From the NCBI GenBank assembly GCA_034933205.1, contig JAYFNY010000018.1, positions 30,394-94,393 of the forward strand: DNA of 64,000 bases, in the 5' to 3' direction. Below are positions 1-8,847 of this stretch, piece after piece. A model generated the notes under the pieces. It was given only the letters and a program-made list of their open reading frames with translations. It had not been told where the DNA came from and did no database searches. Each line of letters opens with the position of its first letter. Position 1 is the first letter of the stretch. Both the position numbers and the translations under genes were made by a program. This DNA is from Eubacteriales bacterium (GTDB taxonomy: Bacteria; Bacillota; Clostridia; Christensenellales; CAG-138).

Positions 1-535
1 AGGACTTGCCGAGTCCCGGCATGCCGAGCAGCAGGATGTTTGGCTTTTCCGGCGCCGGAAGCGACTTTGCGTAAGCTTCGCAGAGCAGCTTTGCATTGAC
101 GGTGCGTTTCTTTTGTTCGGGGGTAGGATAAATATCGGTCAGAAAGTTTGCAAATGTTTCCCGCGCGTTGACCCCGTCCGCGCCCCGCAGCGCTTCTCGA
201 TGCAGCAAACGGCACGAGCAGGGCTTGCAACCCGTTCCGATATAACCGGTATCGTTGCAGAGTTTGCAGCGAACATGCAGCTCCAGCGCGTCCTGCGGCA
301 ACCCGATGGAAGCCAAAATCGCTCTCTCCTCGGCGTAGATCTCGTCGAGACGGCGTTTGCTTTCATCGAGCGTAATTCTGCGGTTTCCCAACTCGGCGAA
401 CAATTTCGCTCGCTCTTCATCCAGCGCTTGCAGGCGCGGCGCGCGGGCATATGCCAGCGCAACGCGGCGTTCGCGTGCTTCGCGTTCTTCGGCGCGGATC
501 CGCGCGTAATAGTTATCGAGCTGTTCGTTGATCAT
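1..535 (-). CDS. dnaC: DnaC/DnaI-like replicative helicase loader ATPase (runs off window start)
   Basis: Not in the ORF track. Manual translation from ATG 535 gives MINEQLDNYYARIR...CKLCNDTGYIGTGCKPCSC (Zn motif)...NILLLGMPGLGKS (Walker A). Lies directly downstream of the DnaD-domain gene. Confidence 0.85.
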   Translation of the reverse strand, partial: MINEQLDNYYARIRAEEREARERRVALAYARAPRLQALDEERAKLFAELGNRRITLDESKRRLDEIYAEERAILASIGLPQDALELHVRCKLCNDTGYIGTGCKPCSCRLLHREALRGADGVNARETFANFLTDIYPTPEQKKRTVNAKLLCEAYAKSLPAPEKPNILLLGMPGLGKS

Positions 536-550
536 AAATCCATTCCTGCG

Positions 551-606
551 AAATTCTGCTTTTTAAATTTTGCTCTTAAAATTTCGCTCTTGAAATTCCG
601 CTTTCT
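551..606. repeat. 14 bp AT-rich tandem repeat x4 (AAATTyyGCTyyTn)
   Basis: aaattctgcttttt / aaattttgctctta / aaatttcgctcttg / aaattccgctttct at 551, 565, 579, 593. Confidence 0.75.
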
Positions 607-1798
607 AGTCGCGCGTTTCGTCGAGGTCTTTATCCAAATCGACCAGCAGATGCTCGAGTTGCTCGTCGGTTAGGTCGTGCTGCGGATACTGCCGGCCCTG
701 CGGTTTGGGTTTTCTCGTGTTTGCGCGCGCCTGCAGGTGCTGTTCGGCGCCTTCAATTGTTGTGATACCGGCGCCGTGCCAGTCGTTCCAGAGCTTTTTC
801 ATCATGCCGAACGGTTCGTTTGCGCCGCGGCATTGCTCTGCGCCGAAGAGAAGAAGCTCGCGCGGCATACCGTAGTCCTTGAGATACATGCTGATCTGCG
901 CGCGCTGCGTCGGCGAGGCGGGTTCGTATTTGCCGGCCCGCTCGAAAACAAGCTTGGCAAAGGCGGTTTCTCCGGCGGCTTTCGCGTCCGCCTGCTCGAT
1001 TTCGGGTTTGCTGAGCTGACCTTTTTGACGCAGGGAATCCAGCAATTCATCCAGATATACGAAATTAGGCGTACCGCTTACGGTGAGTTTCGGCAGCGTT
1101 GCGAGAACCGCCTCCGGCGTAAAGCCCCATTCGTGAATCCATTTATCGTACAGTTCGGTTTCGTTTTTCGTTGGTTTTCTGCGTTTGTTCCACTGGCGCA
1201 GAATCTCGCTTGCGCCGTGCTTTTTCAGTTCGTAATTTGCCAGATACGCGCGCGCGGCTTCCCGCGTTTTCACGCCGCCCTCGGACCAGGTGCGCGCGAC
1301 CGCGTCGATATAGTTCACCGAAACGCGCCGGCCTTTCTGATCCATGCAATGGGAAACAAGTTCGAGCACGGTCTCCTCGTCGAGGCCATAGACTTCGATC
1401 CAGTCGTAAACATGTTTGAGCTCGCGAAAATCGAATTGCCGCGGAGCGATCAAAGAACCGAGTGCGGACACGAGATTCGCATACTTGCCGGGTACCACGC
1501 CGCCGGTTTCCGTAGGCTCCAAATCCAGATATTCGACAATCAGAGGCTGCTCGCTGCGGATACGGACCAGCCCCATCGTTTGCCAGTACGAATAGGCTTC
1601 CGTAATCGCGGGCTCCGAAAGGCCGAGTGTGTCGGATAGCGACGTTTCGCCGTCTGCCCCCGCGTAGCAGAGCATGAGGCCAACGAGATAGACCCGAATG
1701 CAGATATCGCTTGCATCCGGTAGAAAATCCAGAAGGAATCGATTGTCTACGGGCGTGAAGTTTCGCCGCACCGTGTCAAGGGAAAAACGAATGATCAT
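605..1798 (-). CDS. dnaD: DnaD/DnaB domain replication protein
   Basis: N-terminal TPVDNRFLLDFLPDA...RVYL; repeated DnaD-type segments (W...YGL.EE.V...NYIDAVARTW..GVKT); paired with dnaC-like gene. Confidence 0.85.
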   Translation of the reverse strand: MIIRFSLDTVRRNFTPVDNRFLLDFLPDASDICIRVYLVGLMLCYAGADGETSLSDTLGLSEPAITEAYSYWQTMGLVRIRSEQPLIVEYLDLEPTETGGVVPGKYANLVSALGSLIAPRQFDFRELKHVYDWIEVYGLDEETVLELVSHCMDQKGRRVSVNYIDAVARTWSEGGVKTREAARAYLANYELKKHGASEILRQWNKRRKPTKNETELYDKWIHEWGFTPEAVLATLPKLTVSGTPNFVYLDELLDSLRQKGQLSKPEIEQADAKAAGETAFAKLVFERAGKYEPASPTQRAQISMYLKDYGMPRELLLFGAEQCRGANEPFGMMKKLWNDWHGAGITTIEGAEQHLQARANTRKPKPQGRQYPQHDLTDEQLEHLLVDLDKDLDETRD

Positions 1799-1826
1799 CA
1801 GTTACGCTCACGGTCGTTTGTCATCG

Positions 1827-2471
1827 TTACAGGAAGAACGAAAACAGAGGATATATGGTCTGATTAAACCAGCGATAGCCAAGGTCGAATTTCGGGATGA
1901 TACGGATATCCATCAAAACACCGGCAACCGCCCAAAGAAGAATCAAAAGCATAAGGAGCAGCAGGAACCTGCCGAATTTCTCGCCTGGCCGCTGGCGCTT
2001 CCTGCCGGATGGATTCGAAATCGGTTCCTTCGGAAGTACACCGTCCGCCTTCATGTAGGCGTATGCGCGTTCCAAAGGGGGCAGGTCGGCGCCGGGTGCT
2101 CGCACGGGTTCCGCTTCAAAAGAACTGCGTGCGGAGGGCTTTTCCCGAACGAATTCGTCAGCCGAAGCCGATGCGACGGTTGCCGGCGAACCTTCGGCGA
2201 ACGTCCCGTGCTGTTTTACGATCTTGGTCAGCAGAATCTCATGGTCCGCCAATTCCCGGATCAGCGCTGGGAGATTTACGTCGTCCGATGAATTGAGCAA
2301 CTCCCGGTGGAGGTTAAGGAACGTTTGCTTCACAATCTTACGCGCGTCGGCTTCGGAGCCGAGTTCTTTGAGCGCGGCGACAAACACACCGCGGCCATAC
2401 TCGTTGTAGATCGCTTGAAACGCTTCGCGATCACCGGCGTTAATCCGTTGCTGCAGGGGGTCTGTAATCAT
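1827..2471 (-). CDS. Membrane-anchored protein with N-terminal sigma70 region-2-like domain, no region 4
   Basis: ATG 2471: MITDPLQQRINAGDREAFQAIYNEYGRGVFVAALKELGSEADARKIVKQTFL resembles ECF sigma region 2; low-complexity linker; C-terminal TM FLLLLMLLILLWAVAGVLM. Confidence 0.65.
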   Translation of the reverse strand: MITDPLQQRINAGDREAFQAIYNEYGRGVFVAALKELGSEADARKIVKQTFLNLHRELLNSSDDVNLPALIRELADHEILLTKIVKQHGTFAEGSPATVASASADEFVREKPSARSSFEAEPVRAPGADLPPLERAYAYMKADGVLPKEPISNPSGRKRQRPGEKFGRFLLLLMLLILLWAVAGVLMDIRIIPKFDLGYRWFNQTIYPLFSFFL

Positions 2472-2670
2472 GGGCTGGTTCCTCGCATTCCTGACATAGA
2501 ATGGTATTTGAAACCCGAAAGATACTTTATTGTAGCATGTCGACCCCAAAAAAGAAACATCGTCGCCGTGCGTGCCGAACCGCAACGGGGAAAGCACAAA
2601 GGTAAAATTCGTCCGGCCGGAACGGCGGGGCTCTCGCCGGCTCGCCGGATATGTTATACTTGCTGCGGAT

Positions 2671-3330
2671 ATGGAACGAATCGACGATTTACAATACGAG
2701 GGGCTCATCCTCTATCAGGATACGGATTACGCCCGCTTTGGCGCGGACGCGCTGAAGCTTTGCGCATTTATGCGCCTGACAAAGAACGACCGCGTGGTGG
2801 AGCTTGGATCGGGTACCGGCGTAATCTGCGTATTGGGCGCGCGCAGGACCGGAGCGCATTTCACGGGGGTCGAGCGGCAGGCGCGGCTTGTCGAACTTTC
2901 CCAAAAAAGTGCGGAACAAAACAAACAGGAGATCCGATTTTTGGAGGCGGACGTATCGGATGCGCCGGAGATTCTTGGGCGTGGGGCGTTTACTGCCGCT
3001 GTAACGAATCCGCCGTACTTTTTGAGCGGGGAGGTCAACGCCAATCCTTCCTATGCGGTTGCGCGGCACGACGCGGCAAATGTGCTGAATGCGTTTTTGT
3101 GTTCGGCCTTCCAGCTTCTGAAGAATGGCGGGAATCTTTTTTTGATTTATCCGGCGGACGCGCTTTCCGAGTTGCTCGCGGCGCTGCGGGGACATCGTCT
3201 GGAACCAAAACGCTTACGGTTTCTGTATACGAAGCGGGATACGGCGGCGCAGCGTGTGCTGGTGGAAGCGAAAAAACTGGCCAGACCGGGGCTGAAGGTG
3301 GAACCGCCCGACTGGCTGCAGGAAGCATAG
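2671..3330 (+). CDS. tRNA1(Val) A37 N6-methyltransferase family (TrmN6/YfiC-like)
   Basis: MERIDDLQ...ILYQD...FGADA; SAM motif ELGSGTG; NPPY; ARH. Confidence 0.85.
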   Translation: MERIDDLQYEGLILYQDTDYARFGADALKLCAFMRLTKNDRVVELGSGTGVICVLGARRTGAHFTGVERQARLVELSQKSAEQNKQEIRFLEADVSDAPEILGRGAFTAAVTNPPYFLSGEVNANPSYAVARHDAANVLNAFLCSAFQLLKNGGNLFLIYPADALSELLAALRGHRLEPKRLRFLYTKRDTAAQRVLVEAKKLARPGLKVEPPDWLQEA

Positions 3331-3389
3331 TTTGCCCGATACAGAAAAAGGTCCGCAGAGCGCGGACCAAAAGCGGAAAAAGCGGTGGA

Positions 3390-4118
3390 TCAGCAGGCAG
3401 AGGCGCGGATGAGCGAAAAACAGAGGTTAAATACGCTCTCGCGCATCGTGCTCATAACCGAACCGATATCATCGTCGGTTACATAGGAAGTCATGCCGGT
3501 GCAGTAGTTCGTAACCATGCCGATGGCGGCGTATTGCATGCCAAGGTCGCGCGCAAGCGGCGCTTCCGGAACGAGCGTCATGCCGGTGATCTGCGCGCCG
3601 AGAATGCGGATCATGCGAATCTCCGCGGCGGTTTCAAAACGCGGTCCTTCGGTGCAGGCATAGATGGCCCGGCCGGAGTAGGGAATATTCGCACTCAGAA
3701 TCAGCTTTTCGAGCGAGTCGTTGAGCTCCGGGCTGAAAACGTCCTCCATGCCGGTGTGCAGCGTGGAGCGGTGTTCGCGCAGGAAAGAGGAAGGCCTGCT
3801 TTTGGTCAGGTCGATAAAATCGTTAATCAGGCACACGTTACCGACTTTGATGCCGTAATCGCACGCGCCGACGGAAGCAAGACCCAGCACGTGGGTAACG
3901 CCCAGCATATGCAGCGCGTAGATATTGGCGCGATAGTTAATCTCCGGCGCATCCTGACGAAAGAGGACTCCGTGCCGTGCGCGAAAGATGATCTCCGTAC
4001 CGCAGTCGAGTTGTCCGCGATAGAGGACCACGTCGCCATAAGGCGTGCTGATTGCGTCTTCAAAAAATGGAATCGGGAGCGTATCCATATTGGTGCCGCC
4101 GATGATCGCGTACTTCAT
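3390..4118 (-). CDS. mtnP: MTA/MTI phosphorylase (PNP/MTAP family)
   Basis: IIGGT, TPYG, RHG, INYRANIYAL, EGPRFETAAE, GMT..PEA.LAR, VTNY. Confidence 0.85.
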   Translation of the reverse strand: MKYAIIGGTNMDTLPIPFFEDAISTPYGDVVLYRGQLDCGTEIIFRARHGVLFRQDAPEINYRANIYALHMLGVTHVLGLASVGACDYGIKVGNVCLINDFIDLTKSRPSSFLREHRSTLHTGMEDVFSPELNDSLEKLILSANIPYSGRAIYACTEGPRFETAAEIRMIRILGAQITGMTLVPEAPLARDLGMQYAAIGMVTNYCTGMTSYVTDDDIGSVMSTMRESVFNLCFSLIRASAC

Positions 4119-4208
4119 GCCGTATCACCTCTGCAAGACTATATCATAGGAAGCCGGAAAAGTGTATACTGAAAAGGGAAATCCTACCGATCGAAAAGGA
4201 GTTTTGGC

Positions 4209-5246
4209 ATGCCGGGAGCCGATCATGATCTCGCGTTTCTGTTTCGATTTGAAAATATCGCCTGGTATGAGGACGGGAAAGTCCGAATTCTCGACCGGCG
4301 TGTGTATCCGCTCCGGGAGGAGTTCGTCACCTGTTCGAGCCATCTCGAAGTAGCGCAGGCGATAACGGACATGGTTACGCAGAGCTACGGCCCGTTCCAT
4401 GCCGCCGCAATGGGAATGGCGCTTGCCGCGCACGAGTGCCGCGACCGGTGCGCTGCGGATCAGAAGTCGTATCTTCGGGCGGCTGCGGATGTGATTGCCG
4501 GCGCGCGCCCGACCACCGCGCGTAAAATGCGTACCTGGACGGACGACTGCGAGCGGGACGCGTTTGCCGCGATCGATGCGGGGGAAAACGCCTGCGATGC
4601 GATTCTGCGCGGCGCCTTGGAGAAATTTTCCCGCCGCTACGATCGTATCGACCGGGAAGCGCGCTTTTTCATGGAGAAAATCCCGCAAAATCCGACGATT
4701 ATGACACAGTGCTACGGCGATGCGGACGTGGGAATGTTGTTGCGCGCTTTGCGCGAGCGCGGCGACGAGGCCAAATTCTTTACGCCGGAAACGAGACCTT
4801 ATCTGCAGGGCGCCCGGCTGACGGCGAGCGTGATTTCCGACATGGGCTTCGAGGTTACGCTGATCACGGACAATATGCCCGGCTATGTGCTCGGGCATCG
4901 GCACGTAGACCTCTTTACGACCTCTGCGGATGTCATTACGCTGGACGGGCACGTGGTCAATAAGGTCGGAACGTTTCAGATTGCGCTCTGTGCGAATTAC
5001 TACGGCGTGCCGTACTATGTCGCCGGGTTTCCGGATCGTACGCATCCGGATATCGGTTCGGTGCATATCGAGGAACGAAATGGCGACGAAGTGCGCCATG
5101 CAATGGGTGTTCTGACCTGCAAGCCTGCCGTGAAAGGATACTATCCCGCGTTCGATATTACGCCGCCGGAACTCGTGACCGGCGTTGCGACGGATATCGG
5201 CGTGCTGAAACCTACCGAACTGAGAGACTATCAGCCGGAAGAATAG
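4209..5246 (+). CDS. mtnA: Methylthioribose-1-phosphate isomerase-like (eIF2B alpha family), divergent
   Basis: ILDRRVYP, ARPT, ETRPYLQGARLTA, ITDNM, NKVGT, IEERNGDEV, YPAFDITPPELVT. Confidence 0.8.
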   Translation: MPGADHDLAFLFRFENIAWYEDGKVRILDRRVYPLREEFVTCSSHLEVAQAITDMVTQSYGPFHAAAMGMALAAHECRDRCAADQKSYLRAAADVIAGARPTTARKMRTWTDDCERDAFAAIDAGENACDAILRGALEKFSRRYDRIDREARFFMEKIPQNPTIMTQCYGDADVGMLLRALRERGDEAKFFTPETRPYLQGARLTASVISDMGFEVTLITDNMPGYVLGHRHVDLFTTSADVITLDGHVVNKVGTFQIALCANYYGVPYYVAGFPDRTHPDIGSVHIEERNGDEVRHAMGVLTCKPAVKGYYPAFDITPPELVTGVATDIGVLKPTELRDYQPEE

Positions 5247-5327
5247 GCGGCTGATTTGATTTCGGTGCTCGACCGCATAGAATCGAGCAAACAGGCGTCG
5301 TCCGAGCGGGCGGCGTAAGACCGTAAA

Positions 5328-5363
5328 AGAGCCCCATTCCGGCTTGATGGAATGGGGTTCTTC
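5328..5363. terminator. Intrinsic terminator between convergent genes
   Basis: Hairpin gccccattcc-ggcttgat-ggaatggggt followed by tcttct. Confidence 0.6.
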
Positions 5364-5437
5364 TGTTATCGATTTATCGCTTTTGGATGGGGTTGGCTGA
5401 AAGATTCCGTTGCGTTTGAGGAGCGCTTTTTGAAGGA

Positions 5438-6691
5438 TCAGTTCTCATACCGTATTTTGATGGCTCTCGTGCTTGGCATCATTTCAATCCAGGTGTTACC
5501 GGGCTCGAGGCGAATGATCGATCCGTCGTAGAGCTTATAAGTGGTGGGGTCGTTCAGCGTTGGCCTGCTCCAGCTGCCGGTTACATGCTGGCCGTTGATA
5601 AAGTAATCGCAGTCCCCGCTGCCGATTACGGCAATATTGCGATACGTCGTGTCGTAGGAAGAAACGCGCACATATTGAACGATGAGGTTCTGCACCGTGA
5701 TCGGCTCGTTCACATACCCGATTACGTCCTCCGTAGGCGTGAGTGTGCTGCTTTCGCTCAATACGTTTTTCGAATTCTTGTCGCTGCGCTTGAGGCAATT
5801 CTCGCTCAGACTGTAGGTATACACCACACGGTTTGAATCGGAGCTGGTGAACGGGAGACCGACGCTGACGAACGATTTGCCTTTTTCATACGTCACGCCG
5901 GTTTCAAACGAGAAACGCTGCGTGCTGGGCGTGGCCGTATATTGATAATCCGATTCGGTATAGTCCAGCAGCTTGAAGAACTGCGTGTGTTCCTCCGCGG
6001 AGGTTATCGTTTTATCGCGATAGAAGAAATCGGCCGCGTTTCCGCTGTTCTGTGCCCGAAAATGGAGACCGCTCGCCGCAAGCAGAGGGTAATCCTTGTC
6101 GGTTTGTCCGGGGTCGCCCAGGGACAGATACAAACCGCCCCACTCCAGTGCCGTGTTCGCCAAATACGCGCGGGAATCGCGTATGGGACCGATGCGAAGG
6201 GGAATCTCATCCGAAAAAACGGCAAGATAGATCGTATTATGGTCGCTGCGGTCAAGCGGGAACTCATACACGATATCCGCAAGCATGAGCCCCGTTTGCG
6301 GCCGTGCCTGCGCCAGATTGTCGATCACCGCGAGCACGGGCCGATAGATGGCGCCTTCCGGCAGCGGCCGCCCCGTCGTCGGGGAGTTGCTCAGGTCTGG
6401 CGAGGCCGCGTCCGGGGACGCTGCCACCGCATCGGAATCCTCATCGGCGGAAGGCGTGGAAATGATCCGCGGCGTAGCGGTCGATCCGGACTGACCGGCA
6501 TCCGTCATAATGACGATGCTTGCGTTGTTCGGCGTCGTTTTTGGCGCCGCGGTATCCTCCAGAAGCGTTTTCGCAATCGAGCAGCCGCTAAGCGGTAAAA
6601 GAAACAACGCTGCCGCCAACAGAACGCTCCATGAAAGCCTTGCCGGCGAACGGCCTAACAATGTTTTGCGAATTTGCGGACGCTTATTCAA
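5438..6691 (-). CDS. DUF3048 (YerB-like) lipoprotein, paralog 1
   Basis: Lipobox LPLSGC; VIDNLAQARPQTGL..ADIVYE; IGPIRDSRAY; C-terminal L.PGNTWI. Confidence 0.8.
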   Translation of the reverse strand: MNKRPQIRKTLLGRSPARLSWSVLLAAALFLLPLSGCSIAKTLLEDTAAPKTTPNNASIVIMTDAGQSGSTATPRIISTPSADEDSDAVAASPDAASPDLSNSPTTGRPLPEGAIYRPVLAVIDNLAQARPQTGLMLADIVYEFPLDRSDHNTIYLAVFSDEIPLRIGPIRDSRAYLANTALEWGGLYLSLGDPGQTDKDYPLLAASGLHFRAQNSGNAADFFYRDKTITSAEEHTQFFKLLDYTESDYQYTATPSTQRFSFETGVTYEKGKSFVSVGLPFTSSDSNRVVYTYSLSENCLKRSDKNSKNVLSESSTLTPTEDVIGYVNEPITVQNLIVQYVRVSSYDTTYRNIAVIGSGDCDYFINGQHVTGSWSRPTLNDPTTYKLYDGSIIRLEPGNTWIEMMPSTRAIKIRYEN

Positions 6692-7895
6692 CGGTAGCGG
6701 GGGTGTCCGCGGGATGGACGGCGATCCAGGTATTGCCCGGCTCGAGCGTGACGAGGGAACCGTCGTCGAGCAGGTAGCTGGTGAAGTCTTCTGCCGTCGG
6801 GCGGGACCACGTGCCGGTTACATGCTGACCGTTGATGAAATAATCGCACTTGCCGGAACCGATGAGCTCGCAGGTCCGGCGGTTTTTCTCGTCTCCCGAG
6901 ATAGAGCCGTATTTCACGTACTGTACAATGAGGTTCTGAACGTTCATCTGCTCGGTGGTGTAGCTTTCCCCGTCTTCGGAGAGGGTGCGCGTCATGAACG
7001 GTTCGCCGTTTTCACTGCGGAGGAGCCGGTTTGTCGCGGAATCATAGGTAAACTGAATCCATTTTGGGTTTGAACTGTTGCTAAACGGCAGGGAAACGGT
7101 GGTAAACGATGTGCCGTTCGCATAGGAAACTCCCTCCGTAAAGGCGAACCGCTGGCATACCTTCGATTCATAGTCCGTAAAGTATTTGTTTACCAGCGCG
7201 GCTACGCGGTAGTAAAGGGAATGTACGTCTCCACGGCCATCCTCCATCGCGCGGAACTTATAACCGTTCTTCGCTTCAAAGTCGCCGTATCCGCCCTTGC
7301 TGAGGCTGAAGGTTGCCGAATATCCTTTGAAATCTCCGCTCGGCAGATAGAGGGAAATCAGCTTGCTCGGAATACGCTTATACGGCGCGTCGAGCACAAC
7401 ATAGCCTTCGTGCAGGTACATGCAGTCCCATTCCTGCGCAAGGTCGATAAAATAGTAACGCGTGGAACGCAACGGCCCCGCGTAGAGCGGATAGGTGTCG
7501 TTAAAGAGCGCCTGGAAGCGCGTGATGGTCTGCTCCACAAGGAACTCATAGACGATGTCCGCCTGCATAAGTGAGGTTTGCGGTTTTGCGCCGTCCGCAT
7601 TGTCAATGGACATGATAAAGACCTTGCTCGGCGTTCCTTCCGGAATTACGCGGCCGGAGGTCTGCGAGCGATTCTGCGGTTCGGGCGTGGGGCTGGCCGT
7701 CGGTTCCGGCGTTGCGGTCGGCGTCGCAGTGGGCTGTTCGACGATGGCAACGGGTTCTGCGGTCGGCGTCACTTCCGCGACGGCGGGCTGCGGTGAGAGA
7801 ACGGAACAGCCGGAAAGAAGCATGGCAAGGATCAGAGCGCCGGAAACGAGGCGCACGGCTTTGCCGCGGGAAACGGGTATTTTCTTCATAATCAT
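6684..7895 (-). CDS. DUF3048 (YerB-like) lipoprotein, paralog 2
   Basis: Lipobox MLLSGC; TPTATP linker; SIDNADGAKPQTSL.QADIVYE; GPLRSTRYY; LEPGNTWI. Confidence 0.8.
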   Translation of the reverse strand: MIMKKIPVSRGKAVRLVSGALILAMLLSGCSVLSPQPAVAEVTPTAEPVAIVEQPTATPTATPEPTASPTPEPQNRSQTSGRVIPEGTPSKVFIMSIDNADGAKPQTSLMQADIVYEFLVEQTITRFQALFNDTYPLYAGPLRSTRYYFIDLAQEWDCMYLHEGYVVLDAPYKRIPSKLISLYLPSGDFKGYSATFSLSKGGYGDFEAKNGYKFRAMEDGRGDVHSLYYRVAALVNKYFTDYESKVCQRFAFTEGVSYANGTSFTTVSLPFSNSSNPKWIQFTYDSATNRLLRSENGEPFMTRTLSEDGESYTTEQMNVQNLIVQYVKYGSISGDEKNRRTCELIGSGKCDYFINGQHVTGTWSRPTAEDFTSYLLDDGSLVTLEPGNTWIAVHPADTPATVE

Positions 7896-8674
7896 GAATC
7901 CTTTCTGGAAAGGTTATTCTTTTGAGACTCCGTGTCGGCGTCATTCCGGCGCCTGCGTACGGATACGATGATTAACACGACCAGGAGTACGAACAGAACG
8001 GCGACTACAAGGTAGGAAACGGGACCGACCGACCCTTCGGCGAGCGTTGTTTCCGGAACAGCCGTTTCCTGGGCGATTGCGGTGGGGGATGGCTCCGAAA
8101 TGGCCGCTGCCGGTTCGGGCGTTGGCTCCGGCGTCGCGGTGGGCTGCGGCGTTTCCGGAACCCAAGGGGTAACCAACGCCTCGGGAACAATTCCGCCGCC
8201 AATGCTTACGCCGCCGTTTTCAAACGAGACATAGGCGCTGGTCTGCTGGTAATCCGCATCCACGCGGGTGATGATTCCGTTTGTAACGGCGAGCGCGCTT
8301 CCGTTATTGGAAAGCGCTGTAAAGCGAATGGTCAGCAGCGTGCCGTCGCCCTTCAGGCCGAGCGCGTCCGCGCAGGCGATCCGGATCCGGCCCGACTCAT
8401 CCGCATTGTAGATGACATACTCCGGCAGGAACAGATCGCCGGGTGTAACGGAGAGGACCGAAAGCGCGGCGGGATCGTAGTTCAGGTCAAACTGAATCGA
8501 ATCCACACCGGCACAGTTTTGAAGGAGAACGGGCACGTCGATCTTATCCCCGTTTTCTCCGCTGACCGAGCCGACGACGATGGAAACGACCTCGTCCCCC
8601 TCCAGCGCAAGCGCGCTGACCGGGAGTAAAACGGCGAACAGGAGCGCGGTGAAAACCGGAAGTATTCGTCTCAT
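7892..8674 (-). CDS. Cohesin-domain surface protein with Pro/Thr linker and C-terminal TM anchor
   Basis: Signal peptide MRRILPVFTALLFAVLL; G..GDKIDVPV.L.N..GV.SIQF.L.YDP..L.V.SV..G...GTLLTIRF cohesin-like pattern; TM followed by RRRR. Confidence 0.7.
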   Translation of the reverse strand: MRRILPVFTALLFAVLLPVSALALEGDEVVSIVVGSVSGENGDKIDVPVLLQNCAGVDSIQFDLNYDPAALSVLSVTPGDLFLPEYVIYNADESGRIRIACADALGLKGDGTLLTIRFTALSNNGSALAVTNGIITRVDADYQQTSAYVSFENGGVSIGGGIVPEALVTPWVPETPQPTATPEPTPEPAAAISEPSPTAIAQETAVPETTLAEGSVGPVSYLVVAVLFVLLVVLIIVSVRRRRNDADTESQKNNLSRKDS

Positions 8675-8847
8675 GCAGTGGCTTCCCTTCGTTCCAGATA
8701 TCGGAATCGTACGCGTTTCGCGCGTTGCATCCTTATACCGAAATGTGTAATATATATGGTACAGCAATTTGGCGGCGAAGTCAATTTGGCGTGCTTCCGC
8801 GGCAGGAAAACGGTGTGTCGCCAAAGGAAACTTGCGGGTAATTTACG

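Noticed and set aside
1..1798. Prophage or IS21 (istB) replication module
   Set aside because: No phage or transposase genes are nearby, and dnaD-dnaC pairs of this type are normal chromosomal genes in Clostridia.
2307..4172. 621 aa plus-strand ORF and similar long shadow ORFs (e.g. 26626-28131, 28808-30169, 59349-60818)
   Set aside because: They overlap well-supported genes in other frames or strands and lack motifs; such shadow ORFs are expected in GC-rich DNA.
7680..8160. Short repeats in TPTATP/PEPTPEP regions
   Set aside because: These are ordinary Pro/Thr-rich protein linkers, not DNA-level elements.
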